From positions 49,726,001-49,790,000 of the forward strand of contig CM052816.1 of assembly GCA_028534125.1 (NCBI GenBank): DNA of 64,000 bases, in the 5' to 3' direction. Positions 39,256 to 53,973 of the stretch are shown one piece after another. Made by a program: the position numbers and the translations under genes. How positions within the stretch are numbered: the first letter of the stretch is position 1; each line of letters starts with the position of its first letter. Source of the DNA: Lama glama (Eukaryota). Below the pieces are notes generated by a model. It ran no database searches. It was not told the origin of the DNA and worked only from the letters and a program-made list of their open reading frames with translations.

Positions 39256-42030
39256 TTTCCCCAATGGACAGAGTGAGCAGATAGCAAGGGCCGTTCTAGG
39301 TTAGTTGAAGGCATATTTGCTTTTTGTGGTGTCTACCATGTAGAGTTGATTATGATGTGGTGATTATTATCATGACTACAGTGAAGGAGGCCAAGCCTCC
39401 AGTCTGATAAAGTTTCTTTCCATTACTTTTAGAATGACCTGATCATTAATTCCCACTAAAATGTGGGGGGGGGGGGATTAAAATGCTGGACCCAACATAT
39501 CCTTTGGTCTTTGAGAAAAACTAAAGTTTAACTTTTTTGAATCAAAAATGAGAAATGGGAAACAAGTGCCATTCTTTCTCAATGAAATGATTGCATCTAA
39601 TTTTGTTGCGTGCATCTGTGTTTGTGTTTAATGGCAAGTGTAATTATGCACCTGCAATGTGCAGCTCTTCTAATTTTAGTAAAATTGATTAAACTATTTA
39701 GAAAATACATAACAAATTGCTCTTTTGAAATGAGTAAATTTAAATGCTGAAGCCTTTATAACTATCAAATTTCTGATCTTCTAATTTCCTGCAGTAGCTG
39801 CACACAGCTCTTATGTCCAACTGTACAGCCTGGAGTCTTTCTAGTGGGTTCAGAATCTTGCCCTGCATTCTGCTGGGTTGAGATGTGACTACAAGGCAGC
39901 CAGTGCCCCCTCTTCCTTCCCATAAGAACTTCCTCTCCAGAGAGGACTGACTGTTCAGGGTGAGAAGTAACCTTTATTTTTATTTCAGAGAGATAGCTGT
40001 GGGGGTTAAGAGAACAGACTTTTTTTTGCCTGACTGCTATGTTAAAATGTAGTCCCAGTACAATGCAGAGTACAGATCACTAAGTTAGTATACCCCACAG
40101 AGAGCACAACCATCCAGAGGTAACTGGTGGCTCACAGGAAAGTGTACCAAACTTTATTTCTCTTTGTGTCACATGGCAACAAGTTAATGTTTTAATGATT
40201 TTGAATTAATTGTATCTTGTTGGTTGCTTTAGATCAATTTTGAAATAAGACAGGAAAAAAATTTTAAGAAGGTATGGAAAAGATGAAGAAACCCCATTAC
40301 TAAAGGATTACTAATCCTTATTGGTCCAGTGAGTGGAGTTTTCATATGCAGATTTGGGTGTTGGCCAGGAAATAATTAAGTTGAAAGGAATCACCAAAAT
40401 AGCAAGGGACAGAGTAGTGCCATATGCACACAATAGAGAAAGTGTAGCTATCTCTCTAAAGAAGCATCCGACAGGCATAGAGGATCAGAGAAGCTAAGTA
40501 TGTAAAAGATGCAACCTGAGGGCAACTCCTGACAGCTCCTTAATGGGTGCACCTGGTGGGGATGATGCCCTACAAGACCTGAAAATTTGACCTTTGGAAC
40601 CAGGGAGCCATTCAAACCTAAGAGGTCTGAAGCTCTACCATGTCTAGTGGCTTTGCTTTCCCCAGTAAGATGCCTAACGCCAGATCCCTCTGAAGTGTCA
40701 CCTATCCCACCTGAACATGTTGAATGTTACACTCCCACATCTTCTCTATCACTCACCTAGATGTCTTAGAGCACATTTAAACATTTTCTGATGGAAAAAT
40801 GTAACTGCATATATTCGGCAGCAACAGTGTCATGTATATTTCTTAAGCTGTAGTGCATACTTTTAAATTTTCCATTAATAATCACTATACCACAAAGCAG
40901 TAGTGGTCAAGGGTCACTTCAGTATTTTTTTTCTGTTTCTTGAATTTTTTCTGGCTATTTCATACAAAGACTTGAAAATAAAAGCTTTCTTTTCAAATTA
41001 TTATTGACATTGATAACATTTTGCTATGTCTACATAAGCTCTGTGACTCGGAAATTTAAAGCAAATACTTCAAAAACCTTGACTGAAAACTCTTCAGTTT
41101 CAAAACAAAAAAAGGAATGTGTAAATTCAAATTCTTGTTGTGTTTGCTTAATATTCCAATTCCCAAATTTAAGGTTTAACTTACTCTTTTTTTCATCTAC
41201 GGGAATATATTTTTCACGTGGAATTCTCAAGTTAATCAGAAGTACCACTTGTCAATTAAGATCTATTAGTTCTATTTTTGAGTAATTATAATTTTTAAAA
41301 GAGCACTAACATTTAACCTAGTATAGAATTATTTCTGTTTATCTGTTTGGATTTTTAAAGAAATGCCATGTAGATAAGTTATAAAGGCCAAGTGTATTTT
41401 AAAGGTTTTGCCAGTGGATTACAAGAATTGCTTTCTAATTATGTCCAATATGGAACAGAATGCTAATTGATCTTAGTGGAGTGATCCTCGTAAAGATTTT
41501 TGATTTAATTAAGTTGTGTTTAATCCATTTCAGCTTAAACTTTATTTTTAATTAAACAGGAAAAGCACTTGGCACTCTTACGTGAATACTTTTCTGAGAA
41601 ATGCTTTCATAAGAAAAAGAAAACTGATTTCTCCATATGTGATGAACAAGTATGCTTTTCAAATACTTCTTTGCACTTCTCTTTAGTGTGGTTCATAGGG
41701 CATGTGAACAAACTTTAATGACATTTTGTGCTAAAAAGTCCAGCAAATCTGAAATTATAACTGAAATTCCTTTGTAATATTTTAAATTATAAAGGTTTCT
41801 GTGTCATCTTTAGTTAGAGCTTCTCTGGTAATAAGTAGTGAGCATGTAGAATTACCAACTAAACCACAACTCCAAAATAGGATCCAGACTTTTGCCTGAA
41901 AGTACAATTATCTTCTTTAAAATAGCAAAATTCCTTAACACCAAAACATCTAGTCAAAGCTTGAAAAGAAATGTGCCAAACAAGTATTTCACATAGAAAA
42001 ATCAACTTAGTGTATTACTAGCTTTTAAAA

Positions 42031-42365
42031 TTATTGTGTACTGAATAGTGTCTCCCGCACCTCCAAATTCCTATGTTGAAGTCCCAGTACCTTAGAATGT
42101 GACTGTATTTGGAGACAAGGACTCTAAAGAGGTAATTAAAGTGAAATGAGGTCATATGTGAAAGCCTTAATCAAATATGACTGGTGTCTTTATAAGAAGG
42201 GGAAATTGGGACGTGGGTGTACACAGAAGCATCCATGTGAAGACAGGGAAAGATTGGCCATAGGCTGACACCTTGATCTCAGATTCTAACTCCAGGACTG
42301 AAAGAAAATTCATTTCTGTTGTTTATGCCACCTAGTCTGTGGTTCTTTGTTAATGGCAAAAGGAA
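42031..42365 (+). mobile_element. MaLR solo LTR (MLT1B/C-like)
   Basis: agaatgtgactgtatttggaga, aaatgaggtcat, gactggtgtctttataagaagggga, gctgacaccttgatctcaga, tttctgttgtttatgccacctagtctgtgg. Confidence 0.9.
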
Positions 42366-43539
42366 GACAATTACTGAAACTAGTCAACCTGTGACAGGAT
42401 TTGTTTAAGTGATGAGATCGGGAAAAGTAGAGCCATGCTTGGGGTTGTGTGAGAAGCTCCAGGAAGGCGCAGTCCGAGGTGCGGGCTGCCTCAGATCATA
42501 GGTCCTGGCCGCTCCCCAGTTGTTAGATGGCCTGTGATTCTGCTACTCTAGGAATCAGTTAGTATCCTAATGTTCCCATGTGGACATAACCTAGGGAGGA
42601 CAGGAAATACTGCCTCATTCATGGTAAAACCAAATCCCAGTAGCTGAAAATCCATAGCATCACATCATCTGTCAGGTGCTTCAAGATATATGTTTAAGTG
42701 ACTATCCTTTAAACCCTTGCATATTATAAGTGTATAAATATAAGACCTAAGAATAAACAGAAAACCGATGTACATACTCTTGTGCTGTTGCTGTTTATCA
42801 TCTCTCAGCTGTATCTTAGAAAATTGCTTTGCCTGGTAGATATTTTTAGAACCACTCTTGATGCATCTATTCCTTAAGGAAAGCCACTTAACCTCATGTT
42901 TCAGTGCTTATGAAGTAAAGGTTACAAGGTTGGAAGTAAAAAAATAAAATAGAATTGTGGATAAATGGTTTGAGCTTTCTGAGAAATGTAATTTTTTAAA
43001 GAATATTATTTACATTTAAACTTACTTTAACATGTAATGGGTTATTGTAATTTTTTGAATGAATATTTTTGAAAGTTAACAAAAGTATTACATTTAAATA
43101 TGCAACTATATGTATAAATATTAAGTATGTATCTCATACTTAAAATACTTAAAAAAGAAAAACACAAGCACCATTAAAAACCATTAATGATTGTCTAGCG
43201 CATATGTCTCTTTTCCTAATAATAATGGAATAATAGATTTAGAAAGAGATTTTAAGATCATCCAGATCAAAAATCAGACGTGATGAGTCAGACCTAATAT
43301 TTAGAATCCTTGCAACACAGCCTTTATAGACATATAATCCTTGAGCCTGTGCCTAGATTATTCCAGTTACCGGGAAGTCCATCCATATTATTATAATTCA
43401 TAGAATGCCCTTCTTTAAAAAAAAAAAAAAAAAACTTCCCTGCGTTTCTAGCCGCTTTCTGACCTCTACATTGTAAATGAAGTATGGTAATCCTAGACAA
43501 CTCATTTGTCTTTCTCTCCAGTTGTTTGTTTGTTTTTGT

Positions 43540-43700
43540 TTTTTTTACTTAATAGCTCTTTTAAAATGTGGTCCTCAGAACTGCTCACAAAGCTCTGTAC
43601 ATGTTCTAATCAGTGTGGAGTGAGATGGACAGAGTGCCCTGAGAGAGTGCCCTTGCCTCTGAGTTTGCAGACACAGACTTGAATTAATGCAGCCTAGCAC
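43540..43700 (-). mobile_element. L3/CR1 LINE fragment (may extend back to ~43230)
   Basis: aaaatgtggtcctcagaactgctcacaa...ttaatgcagcctag resembles antisense L3 RT-region consensus. Confidence 0.6.
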
Positions 43701-44807
43701 TAGGGAAGGTTTTCTTATTGTTGTTCTTTCAGTATTATTACAATTTTGGAGTATATTGCATTTCTTACAGGAAAGAGATGAAAGAAGTTATTGCATGTTG
43801 TTAGTATACTCTCACGTAAAAACTTAAGATTTTGTTTTCTGTTCCAACTAACAGCAGGATGCCAAAGCAATTCTCAAAAATACACCTGTGATCAAGATCA
43901 CCTTAGTCTCAGGAAAACTCCCTTTTGGTGAAAACATTAAAGTAGCTTATTTCTATGCTTTTATTTCTATTATTTTTCATGAAATATAAATATTAAGTCT
44001 GTGTTTAGAACTTCAATACAATTGAACATACTTACTCAAATTTAAAATTATACATAAGCAATATTATGTATATATTTAAAGACTGTGAATATATATGTAT
44101 ATGTGTAACTATATGCACATACCTATATACATCCATCCATATGTACATATAGGACTATTGGAAATATTTGAAAATATTTTTTGAAGTTTAAATTTTTTCC
44201 AATAATTGTCCATTGATTTTTTTTATGTATTTTCATGTAACATCTTTGCCTAACTGGGATCTCCTATATTAGGTGTTTTATGTGGCAGAATTTTAAATTG
44301 TTGAATAAAAGTATAAATTCGTCATATGTTCTACAAGTATAATCTACACACATGTACATTCTTTACAGTCCCCTTGTTTTGTTTTAGGGTTTTTTTAATG
44401 TTAATTTTTTTCTTTTGGGTTTTCCTCTAATGTGGTTGAGAAAAATATGCCACTCAGCCATTCCTGGTGGCTCTCCTTCCTAAGTCAGCCACCTCTACTT
44501 CCATTAAACTTCACCTTGGGAATTTGACAGCAAATGGATGGTTCTTTGAAGCTCCTCTTCCTTGTAGGATGTGTTCTGGATGCCTTTAAGTATTACTTAC
44601 CACATACTGATGTAGACAGAAGCAGTATGACAACAAATAAGAGCTTTTTCACAACCTTCAAGAGTTTCCCTGCCCCCATCCCATAAACACTTCCCCCATC
44701 CTGCATATAAACTGTACTTTCTTCATAGCTGCTGAGATCAGGACAGTCTCTCCTAATATCATTTGTCTTTCATTTTATCTCTTCTACATCAAAGCAACTC
44801 TGTAGAC

Positions 44808-44975
44808 TGCAGCCCTAGCTGCACATTAAAATTACCTGGGGCTTAAAAAAATTCGCGTGCCCCAATCTCTGTCCAGGTGTATTAGATTAGAATGTCAAAG
44901 GTGGTGCCGTGGTATTGTCATTTTATAGAACCTCCCTGGGTCATGCTAATGTGCAGACAAGGTTGGAAATCACTC
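44808..44975. mobile_element. MER5A-like hAT MITE
   Basis: gctgcacattaaaattacctgggg...ctaatgtgcagacaaggttggaaatcact. Confidence 0.75.
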
Positions 44976-45799
44976 ATGGCCACAGATTTGTCTCAATTAC
45001 AAGAATCTTTGCCTCCGTTCTTTCTATTTAAATAGATAAAGGACTCTTCCTTCTTATCAAGACTTAACTTTAACAAGGCTTACCTTTATCCAATGTTCTT
45101 TTATTTATCAAGGATCCTTTATAAAGTATCAAGTGGTGTAGTTCTCTGATTATACCCCCTCCTACTTCATCTGATACTTCAGTTACATGCTTCTATACTA
45201 CAGGTTGAGTCTCTCACTTCTTCTTACTCATTGTCTACAGGAAAAAGTTAGGTATCTCCTAATTCTAGAAAAATATAACTCAAAGTGTAATCCTATATTT
45301 CTTTTCCTCCCACCATCATAAGATAAATTTCATTCCATTTACTTCCTCAACTTCTCCATCACTCCTAGCTCTCTGTCCTTCTAATCGTGGCCACATCTTG
45401 CCACTTCGTTCCCCATCAGTTACCATGTGGCATACCCAGATAGAAATGGCACTTATGTAAATATAAATCAAATTCTGTATGTGCTTATGTAGGACACCAG
45501 AATTTTTTTGAGCACATATTACTTGGGTGTACTTAGTTCAGAGACCAATAACCAACGTAGCAAAGAAGATTCCTTGATATATGGCTTTTTTTTTTATGAC
45601 ATGAGCTAAGATTCTCTGAAAATAGTTAATTCTGCAGTTAAATTGAATTGTATTTCCCTAAACAATTAGCATTGATCCTAATAGTAACTTCATTGCTTCC
45701 TCATTGGGTAATTGATGGTATTTAGCCATATTAGGCTAAGAAAATATTCAGTCCTAGTTTTGCCCAGAATACTTTACACTTTATTATTATCGATTTTTC

Positions 45800-46010
45800 A
45801 ACGGTAATTTTCTTATATAGGCATCTATCCAGTGTCTATCATGTACTGTGCTAAGCACTTTATATATACAATTTCATTTAATTTTCAGAATAATCTTGTC
45901 AGGAAAGATTTTTTTTTTTGAAACTGAAGACCAGATAAATAACTTGCTCAAGGCCACATGATTAATATATAGTAGAATCAAGATTCAGATGCACATATCT
46001 GGTTCTAAAT
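45800..46010 (-). mobile_element. MIR SINE
   Basis: tactgtgctaagcactttata...gaaactgaag...taacttgctcaaggccaca. Confidence 0.75.
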
Positions 46011-46059
46011 TATATTGCCCTTTCTGTTAGAACTCACTACATTTTCCATAGATAAGATT

Positions 46060-46560
46060 TAGGAGCCATTGACAGACTTTAAGTGAAAAAGTGACATGGT
46101 TATATTTGCACACCAGAATGATTACTCTGGTAACTGTGTGAAGGGTAGACTTGGAGGACAGAGACTCTAGACCGCAAGACCAGTTAGGAAAAAACTGTAA
46201 AGGTGAGTAGAAGATAGTAAGTCCCTGAGTGTGGCAGAGACATCAGAAGTGGGAATAGGCAGGGAGAGAACTGGAAGAGCGAATTAAGAGGTAAAATTGG
46301 TAGCCCTAGACGACCAGTAGTATATAAGATTGTTTGCACATGTCATGATGTAGTTACCAAGAAAGCAAATCTTAATTTGGGAAACAACATAGAGGATTAC
46401 TCTTGGAACACCAAAGTTCATATAAAACATGGTAGTAGAAATGCCCAGGAGGTGCTCTAAAGTGATTAAAATGTTGTCTACAGTTCAGAAGGAGAGCAAG
46501 CTAGAATTTGAAAATTATTTGGAAATAGCTTCACAGAGGGTTAAATTCCTCAAGAAGAAT
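46060..46560 (-). mobile_element. LINE-2 fragment
   Basis: ggagccattgacagactttaagtg...gtgacatgg...gattactctgg...agaccagttagga. Confidence 0.7.
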
Positions 46561-47921
46561 GTACAGCATGAAAAAAAGGGGGTCAAAGGCAGTGGACACT
46601 AATGCTACAAAGCATCTTCAGGATCGAGCCCTTTAATTCCACCCCAGTTCCTGTTTTCTAGGTTCAAGCTCTTATTACCTCTTATTATCCTACACATGAC
46701 TTTCTCCATTTTTTTTTTTACTACTTTCTTCTCAGCCCACACCCTGTCTCCATCTAATATGTACTTGACTGTCGGATTAATTATCTCACTGATCAGAATG
46801 CTCAGACTCACTTTCAAAATCTTCCTACCTGTCCAAATTTGCATGCCAGTGGTAGTCCATAAGTGTTTTACACTTAATCAAAATGGACAGTGTCCCAGAA
46901 AAAGCCCTGGATTATGCTGTACCTTCTAGAAGGAATAACAACTACTCCATGAAAACTTCTTATAACCCAGATAGGAGCAAATTTTTCTTCTCTGAATTTT
47001 CATGGATGTGTTTGAAGAATGGTATGTTTATTACGTCTAATTTGACAGTTGTTTTGAACAGTTGCAATGTACTACAGATTATTCCAGGGGACTAGGCATC
47101 AATGACACAAGGACCTTACTCTTTAGGAGATTATATTCCAGTAAAACCTTTATTTGTGGATACGTGGATACTCATACTAACCGACAAGTGCTATTCTATG
47201 TGTTAATGTCTTTATGTTGTACAAATCGAGCTTGAGTTCAGAGGATATCAGAGCTAAAGAAAGATGCTCTTACATGAACCATTTTGAACCTAAATGTTAA
47301 GATTCTTTTATTCATTTAGTTCTTTAGTAGACAAAACATGCAGATAGCTGCAGCTATTTGATTGGTTTGAAGATAACTATTCAGAGCTGATTGATTTCTA
47401 ATTCATAAGGAAAATTACAGTTAGAAATAATCAAGTAAAATAAAATTCCAGAATAAAATAAAATAGTTTGCTGTGGCTAAAACCAAATATAGTAAAATTT
47501 CTATTAACTAAATATTAATAGAGTAATTAAATATATCTGAAAAAAGTTAGAACTGATCGATTTAAGCCAGGAAAATTGGACTTAGTAGAAAGGCCCCTCT
47601 CATCTGAAAAAGACATAGTGGCCCAGGTTAAATACTATAATTTTATATGAAAAAGATGATGAGTGAATTGAATCTTCATTGTAAAATTTACTTAGAGAAG
47701 AATTGATCCAATAAGGTAATTTGAAGAATATAAAAAAGAAAGAAGGAAACACATTTTCTCTGAAAATTGATTAAAGAATTAAATTGGCTCACGGCAATTT
47801 GCTGCAGAAAATACTTTCTTGTGAAAGCATCAGCATTAGCCTAATTCCAATGACATATTTGGATTCAAAGCATCTGAGGAGTCAAAACAGAAATCTTATA
47901 TTCGACAAGAGTGATGCCATG

Positions 47922-48075
47922 CAAAATATAGTGTGCGTATGAATCTCCTGGGCACCCTGTTACACAGCGGATTCTGAGGCATACATCTTGGAGTGAGGCC
48001 AGGTACTCTGCAGGTCTAACCAGCTCTCAGGCGATGCCAGCACCAGTGGTTCAAGGCCTTCACTTTGAGTAGATA
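47922..48075. mobile_element. MER5A-like hAT MITE
   Basis: gaatctcctggg...ggattctga...ctaaccagctctcaggcgatgc...cactttgagtag. Confidence 0.75.
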
Positions 48076-48184
48076 CGTACTAGGATTGCTCATGTAATCA
48101 AATTTATGTCTTCATTGGGCAATTAGATCAAACTAATGAGCCATTGCTCAGTCCCTTTTTTTTTTTCTTTTTTTGAGAAAATCT

Positions 48185-48612
48185 GATTAACCCAGTTTCA
48201 GTGAAGTGGCAAAGGGTGCAAGGGATACATAATAAACCCACAGTGGCAAAAGCCCTGGCTTTTGTGTCTAGTTACAAAGGAAGGGACAGCTCCTCTCCTT
48301 TGATAAACATGGTTTTGCCAGATACAGAATGCTCCATGTTGTATTCGTGTGTAATGTGACATGTAGTTGTGGTGGCCATATTGGGATATTGAAGGAAGCT
48401 AGCTGAAGAGAGGAAATCAATATTCTTAACATGGTAGGGTGAAAAAAATGGAAAGAACTTGTGTCTTTGGGGATACTAATGAGGCCTTTAATTAACCAAC
48501 CTGTAGTGACCCTATTTTAAGACTTCATGTTACGTGAAATAATAAATCTCCTTAATAATTAAGGCATTATGGATTGAGTTTTTCTGCTATTTAGAGCTCA
48601 GAGTATAGCATA
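48185..48612 (+). mobile_element. Old MaLR LTR (MLT1J/K/L-like)
   Basis: ggtggccatattg...gacttcatgttacgtgaaataataaatctcctt...gagtttttctgctattt, resembling old MLT1 3' ends. Confidence 0.6.
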
Positions 48613-51600
48613 GCTAGAAGGTAGCAGATTCATGGTCAAACCCCGCAGATTCTGACTCCCTGCTTAGTCTCCTTTCTTCCTACTCTAGGTTTTGCTGTTC
48701 TGCTTTATGTTATATCACCCTTGCAATAGAGGAAACTACAGAGGGACCAGGTTCTGAATTCAAATATCTATACTGTAAAAAGTGACTGGCGCTGGGCATT
48801 ACATGGTGCTTAGCACATAGTCATTAAATGAATGAATAAATGATTGAAACTGTGAGGTATTACAGGACAGAAGGGAAAAGCAAATGCAACACTGATGCTA
48901 AGGAAAGTTTATTAAAAACATTCTTCTTGGCTGTGCCAAATAATGTTTGATTTAAAGTAGGCTATTAAGAGTGATGTCAAAGGACTACATTGTACTTAAA
49001 AAGTGATTGAAAATTAACTGACAGGATATTTCCCAGAATATAGCTACAGTATGTTTGAGGCCAGTATACCATGAAGGGTCTGCTTAGTTATAGTATGCCT
49101 GAGTCAGGCCAATTAGGAGTGAAGTACAGTTACACATTTTGTATTGCCTCTTAGAAAGTGTGCCTGATATAAGCACCAAGGCTAATCTCTGTGGAAATAA
49201 TCTCTAAATCCTGGAAATGGGGTTATCAGCCATTATTAACAGCTCAGAGCAAGTAAAATTTTAACGCACCACATATAAATGAAAACATTAAAATCAATTA
49301 TTCAAGTTTAATCTGCTTTTCAGCTTTACAGAAAGATGTGAGTTTAAATTGAGCAATGCTACTGTGTCATTTGAACTGCAATCTTGCAAGTTATTTAAAT
49401 ATTGAAATAATTTTTCAGGTTTTTCTTTTTGGGCTTGATAAGAGGATGCTTTGTCATTTTGCCCTCTGTCAGCTAGTAATTGTGTCCACGGCATACAATA
49501 AAGAAGAAAGGCCTAATGAGACAGGTTAATAGGAGCCTTGACACCCAACTATTTCTTAAGGAGAACACATCTCTTCAGCTTCAAATTTGAATACAATCTA
49601 AGTAGTCAAATGCATTTTTTTTATTTTCATTAAACGTGTTATCATAACGTGTGTGAGGCAATATATAGGCGACCAGACTACACTTAAACTTTCTGTGCAA
49701 TCTTGAAATTATTAAATCAGTAGAAGTATTTATGTCAAAACATTGCTAAATAGCTGTCTTGTTCTATAGGGCCAGATGTTACGATACGTTACTAGTATTT
49801 GGACTAAATTTTCTTTATCTTTAATTTTAATGCACTTCTTTTGCATTTGATATTTTTTCTCCTTCTAGAAATGTTACTAATTTTTAAATATTTTTATTGA
49901 ATGAGAGATTCTTTAAATTCTATAGTGCTTTACAATTTTCAAAAGTTTCACACACATGATTTTATATAACCCTATAATAAGATTTTTCTCCTTGACTGTT
50001 TTTTTTTTAAATGCAAGTAATTTTTTCCTTATTCTATCTAAAAGTAGAAACTGTTGGCATGCACACCATGACTACTTACTGGTATACTTATATAGTCTTT
50101 TCTTTAAGTAAAGAAATGTAAAAGAATTAGAAACGTGTTTCTCTAATATAACTGTTCTGGAGTAGAAGATGATTTATGTATATATTTAGACCTTTCCCAT
50201 CAAATATCACTGTTCTTGCTGAGAGAAGTAGCTAGTTATATAGATAAATCAATCACTGGGACAGACATCATCACACAGAGTGTGCATATGTGTGTAACCA
50301 ACTTGTTACATCCTATTGCAAAGTTAGCCATACTGAGGGTCAAGATTTCTTTAAAAGAGAATGACCACCTTAACCTGGTAAAAATTATTCCTCTAAAAGT
50401 TGAAGAGATGCAAAGAAGAATTGATTTTAAGTAGTCAATAGAACTATTCCCTTGTAAGTGTAACCCCCTCTGGACTTATCTCAATGGCTGCCATTTAGCT
50501 TGCTAGATTGTAATAAGGAATGAGTTTGACCTGACATTTTATTCCTTAATTCAGCAAACTATCTCTGGAGAAATGGCCCATGAGAAAGCAATCTTCTTAA
50601 TCCATATTTCCTTTGGGTGAATATAAATTTGAGTCATTCCTGATCCATTCAAGTTCCCTAAGTTATTAAAGCAATTAATAGCTGAATGTAAGTTCAGATG
50701 AGGGTAAAGTCTGTTTTAAGCATCTAAGAAATGCTTCTCTGTGTATCACAGCAAAAAATATATTTTATGTACTAAAATAGCATTTTACAAAGTGTTATCT
50801 TTAGAAGGTTAATACTGAAGGAAACACATGGGATTATAAAAAGAAAGCTTTTTTTTTTTTTGCACAAAGTTAAATCTGCATTTTAATACACTGATACTCA
50901 TTATGAATGTTGGGGAAGAGCCATTAATTGCAGAATTCCCCACACTGATTTGGCCAAGGATCCCTTTGGTTGCAAGGCACTTTTGCCAGACCAGTCGGTG
51001 CTCTGTGGAGCAACCCCAGAACCTCCCAGGAAGGTCTTACCAGAAACCTAGACTAAGTGAGAACACAAGTTCCAAGGACTCAAGAGTAGAACCAAAGGTT
51101 CAGCTAGAACCAGCATGGCCAACTTTGGGCTTCTTGTTCAAATATATGTTGCTAGCAAATAAGATGAAAAGAGGTCTTGCATATCCAGCCCTTCACTGAT
51201 AGTTACTTAAAAGCCCAAGAAAGGTGTGTTAGGGTCCCTGTGCTGTATCCCTCTTTTGCTATTTTAAGAGAGCAATCAGAGTCTTTGCAATGTATATTTA
51301 TAACCAGCCCCAGGAGCAGAGTTTCCCTTTATCTTTTGGGTATTTAAAGTTTTGTAATTCCAGGGTTAATGACTTTCTAACACCACTAGAAGGAAGGCTA
51401 GGTTCAGAAGACCTCACTAGTTCTTTGGGGAAATTTATGAGCTTCCCAGTAACTCCGTCTGAAAACAGAGGACATCGTAAGGAGTGAGAGGAGCCAGGCG
51501 CTGATGGTGCTTCATGATTCTTGAGGGTAGAACAAAATTTATTGCAAGTACACATCTGAGAATCAGGACAGCTGTGGAGAGATTTCTTGAGCATTTTGTT

Positions 51601-52859
51601 CAGGTTCCTCTCGCCTTTCAGTGTGTTGAACCCAGAGAAATTAGAGGAACCAAGCAGCCCTCCTATCATTAAGGGAATTAGTCTCCTGGAGGGAATAGTT
51701 AAAATATCAGCAAGTTTTCTTGATCATCCATTCTTCATGAATCACAAACATGAATTTATATGGTTGCCTATTAAAACTATGTTGAGACAAAACGTGCAGA
51801 GAAATATCAGATGTAAGTCTCATATCTAAATGTAGCATCAGAATTTATAGTCTGGGATGCAAAACAATGCAAGTTACTGTATGCTGCTGGCCTACTGCCT
51901 ACTTTAGACAACCATGCCACAAGAATTCCAAAAGAAAGGGATGCCTATGAACTTGGGTAGCCAGACATCAGAGAAGGAGGGATTTAGTTGGACATAAAAG
52001 GATAAGGCTCATATATGCACAAGTAAGTCAATGTTTTTTTTCCCCTGATGGACAGCTTTTTATATGATGGCCCAAGGAAGGTGACATTCATGATGACTCA
52101 GAGTGGAGTAAAATAAGCCTTCTTTGGGAATGTGTTATTTGTTCCTCTGGGTTTATATGGCACCTTTTTTGGAAGTGACACAATTTATGATCAATATTAA
52201 CAGATGACAGAGTAAGTAACCATTGAAAAGAAAACAACAGAATGAATTCACTTTATACTATTCATAATTCATGTCATTTTACCCAATGAGTACATCCTGT
52301 CATTTTTTTCCAAATCATGCTTCAATATGTATTTCCTGCCCAATGAATGAGTCCCCATATGTGTTACACATTTATTTTAAAAACGTAATTAAAAAAAAAC
52401 TTTAAAAATTTTGCACTGATATTGCACAGTGTATTTCTATTCCTAAGCCGTTAAGATAAACCCTAAATTTAAAAATGATTTGATCCGTACACAGTTTCCT
52501 AAGAATAAATATAGCTGCCTATAAAAGATGCTTTCAAATTCATAAAAAAAAACCCTCAGGAGGTTGTGATCCTCATGAAATCACAGAGTGTTATTTCACA
52601 TTTATAAAGTAAAACTGTCATTAAAGTGAATAAAACTGGTAATAATTACTCACACTGATCCTTTCTCTGTACCATACTGAATAACAAATGAAGAACAGGT
52701 TCATCAGTAGCAAAGCCCCAGATGACAGCCTGGCACGTCCTACCTTCTATTCATACAACAATTTAGATTTACAAAAAGGGTACTGTGAATCTTGATGGTA
52801 GAACTAGGGTGGGTGTAATGGCATCTATGAGAGAAAGAACATCAGTAGAGAGAAGATTT

Positions 52860-53050
52860 ATTGAGTAATTTCCACACTGATCCTCATAAAAACTCTGTGA
52901 GGGATGTTGGACAGATGTTGTCTTCCTCACTTATCTTCACCATTTTGTACATGAAGAAACTGAGACTCATGATGATTAAGGATCAGGTCCTGTGTTACAG
53001 AGCTGTTGCATAACAAAAGGAAGAGTCAAGCCTGGGTCTTCTGATGCCCA
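52860..53050 (-). mobile_element. MIR SINE
   Basis: ccattttgtacatgaagaaactgagactca core. Confidence 0.7.
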
Positions 53051-53705
53051 CATCCAGTGCCCTTCTGTGTCCTTCCCATACCACCCACAGATAACCAACC
53101 TGTGTGGAAGCTGGGTTTCCGCAGGGTTCACAGACAGCTTGTTTCTATCTAAAGAAAGTTTTTGAATAAGTAGGTTTGAATGACAAGACGACATTGTTGG
53201 AAGGGCATGGACTCCCCTCCCTTGCCCCAGTTTTATTGAGAAAGGGCAGAGACTTGTGAAAGGAAAGTTCTGGGTATGAATTCACATTCTTCCACAAAAG
53301 CTTAGACTCTGGATAGCCACATTGATCCCATTTAGGTAATGTTCCCTTATTAATTGATTTATGACCTTTTAAACAAGATATCTGTTAGCTCCTTCACAAG
53401 AGCCTTGAGAGGAATAAATTTGGCTTTTTGTATATGAGAAGTGTTTGAGGTAGTATCAAGGCTACTGTTGTTGATTCTCTCTATGGCCACCACCCAGCTT
53501 GACTCGCACTTTGTTTCTACAGCAGCAGTTGGGTAGCCTTCAGCAGGAAGTACAGCAATCCAAGTGGAACAAGTAACTTAACCGCAAATTAATTATGTGT
53601 GTCCAGATAACAAAGACTACAGGCACCACACCTTTCCTGTAATAAAGTCCATAATGCTCTTGTTTATTTGTTTGTTTAAGTTTTCTTTGCTCCCAACATA
53701 ATAGT

Positions 53706-53973
53706 TTTTTAATTTTATTTTTTATTGACATGTAGTTGATTTACAATGTTAGTTTCAGGTGTATAACAAAGTGATTCAGTTATACATATACATATTTTTT
53801 TTCAGATTCTTTTCTATTATATGTTATAGTATAAGAAATTGAGTATAGTTCTCTGTGCTATACAATAGGTCCTTGTTGGCAATCTGTTTTATATATAGTA
53901 ATGTGTATCTGTTAATCCGAAACTCCTAATTTATCCCTCCTCCACCCTTTCCCCTTGGTAACCATAGTTTGTT
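53706..53973 (-). mobile_element. Short LINE-1 3' UTR fragment
   Basis: tagttgatttacaatgttagtttcaggtgta...ccccttggtaaccatagtttg, same family as the 3771-4686 copy. Possible TSD tcccaacata (53691) / tcccagcata (53974). Confidence 0.88.

Noticed and set aside
39465..39476. G12 homopolymer as a G-quadruplex element
   Set aside because: Too short for a three-tier intramolecular G4 with loops, and homopolymer length is error-prone.
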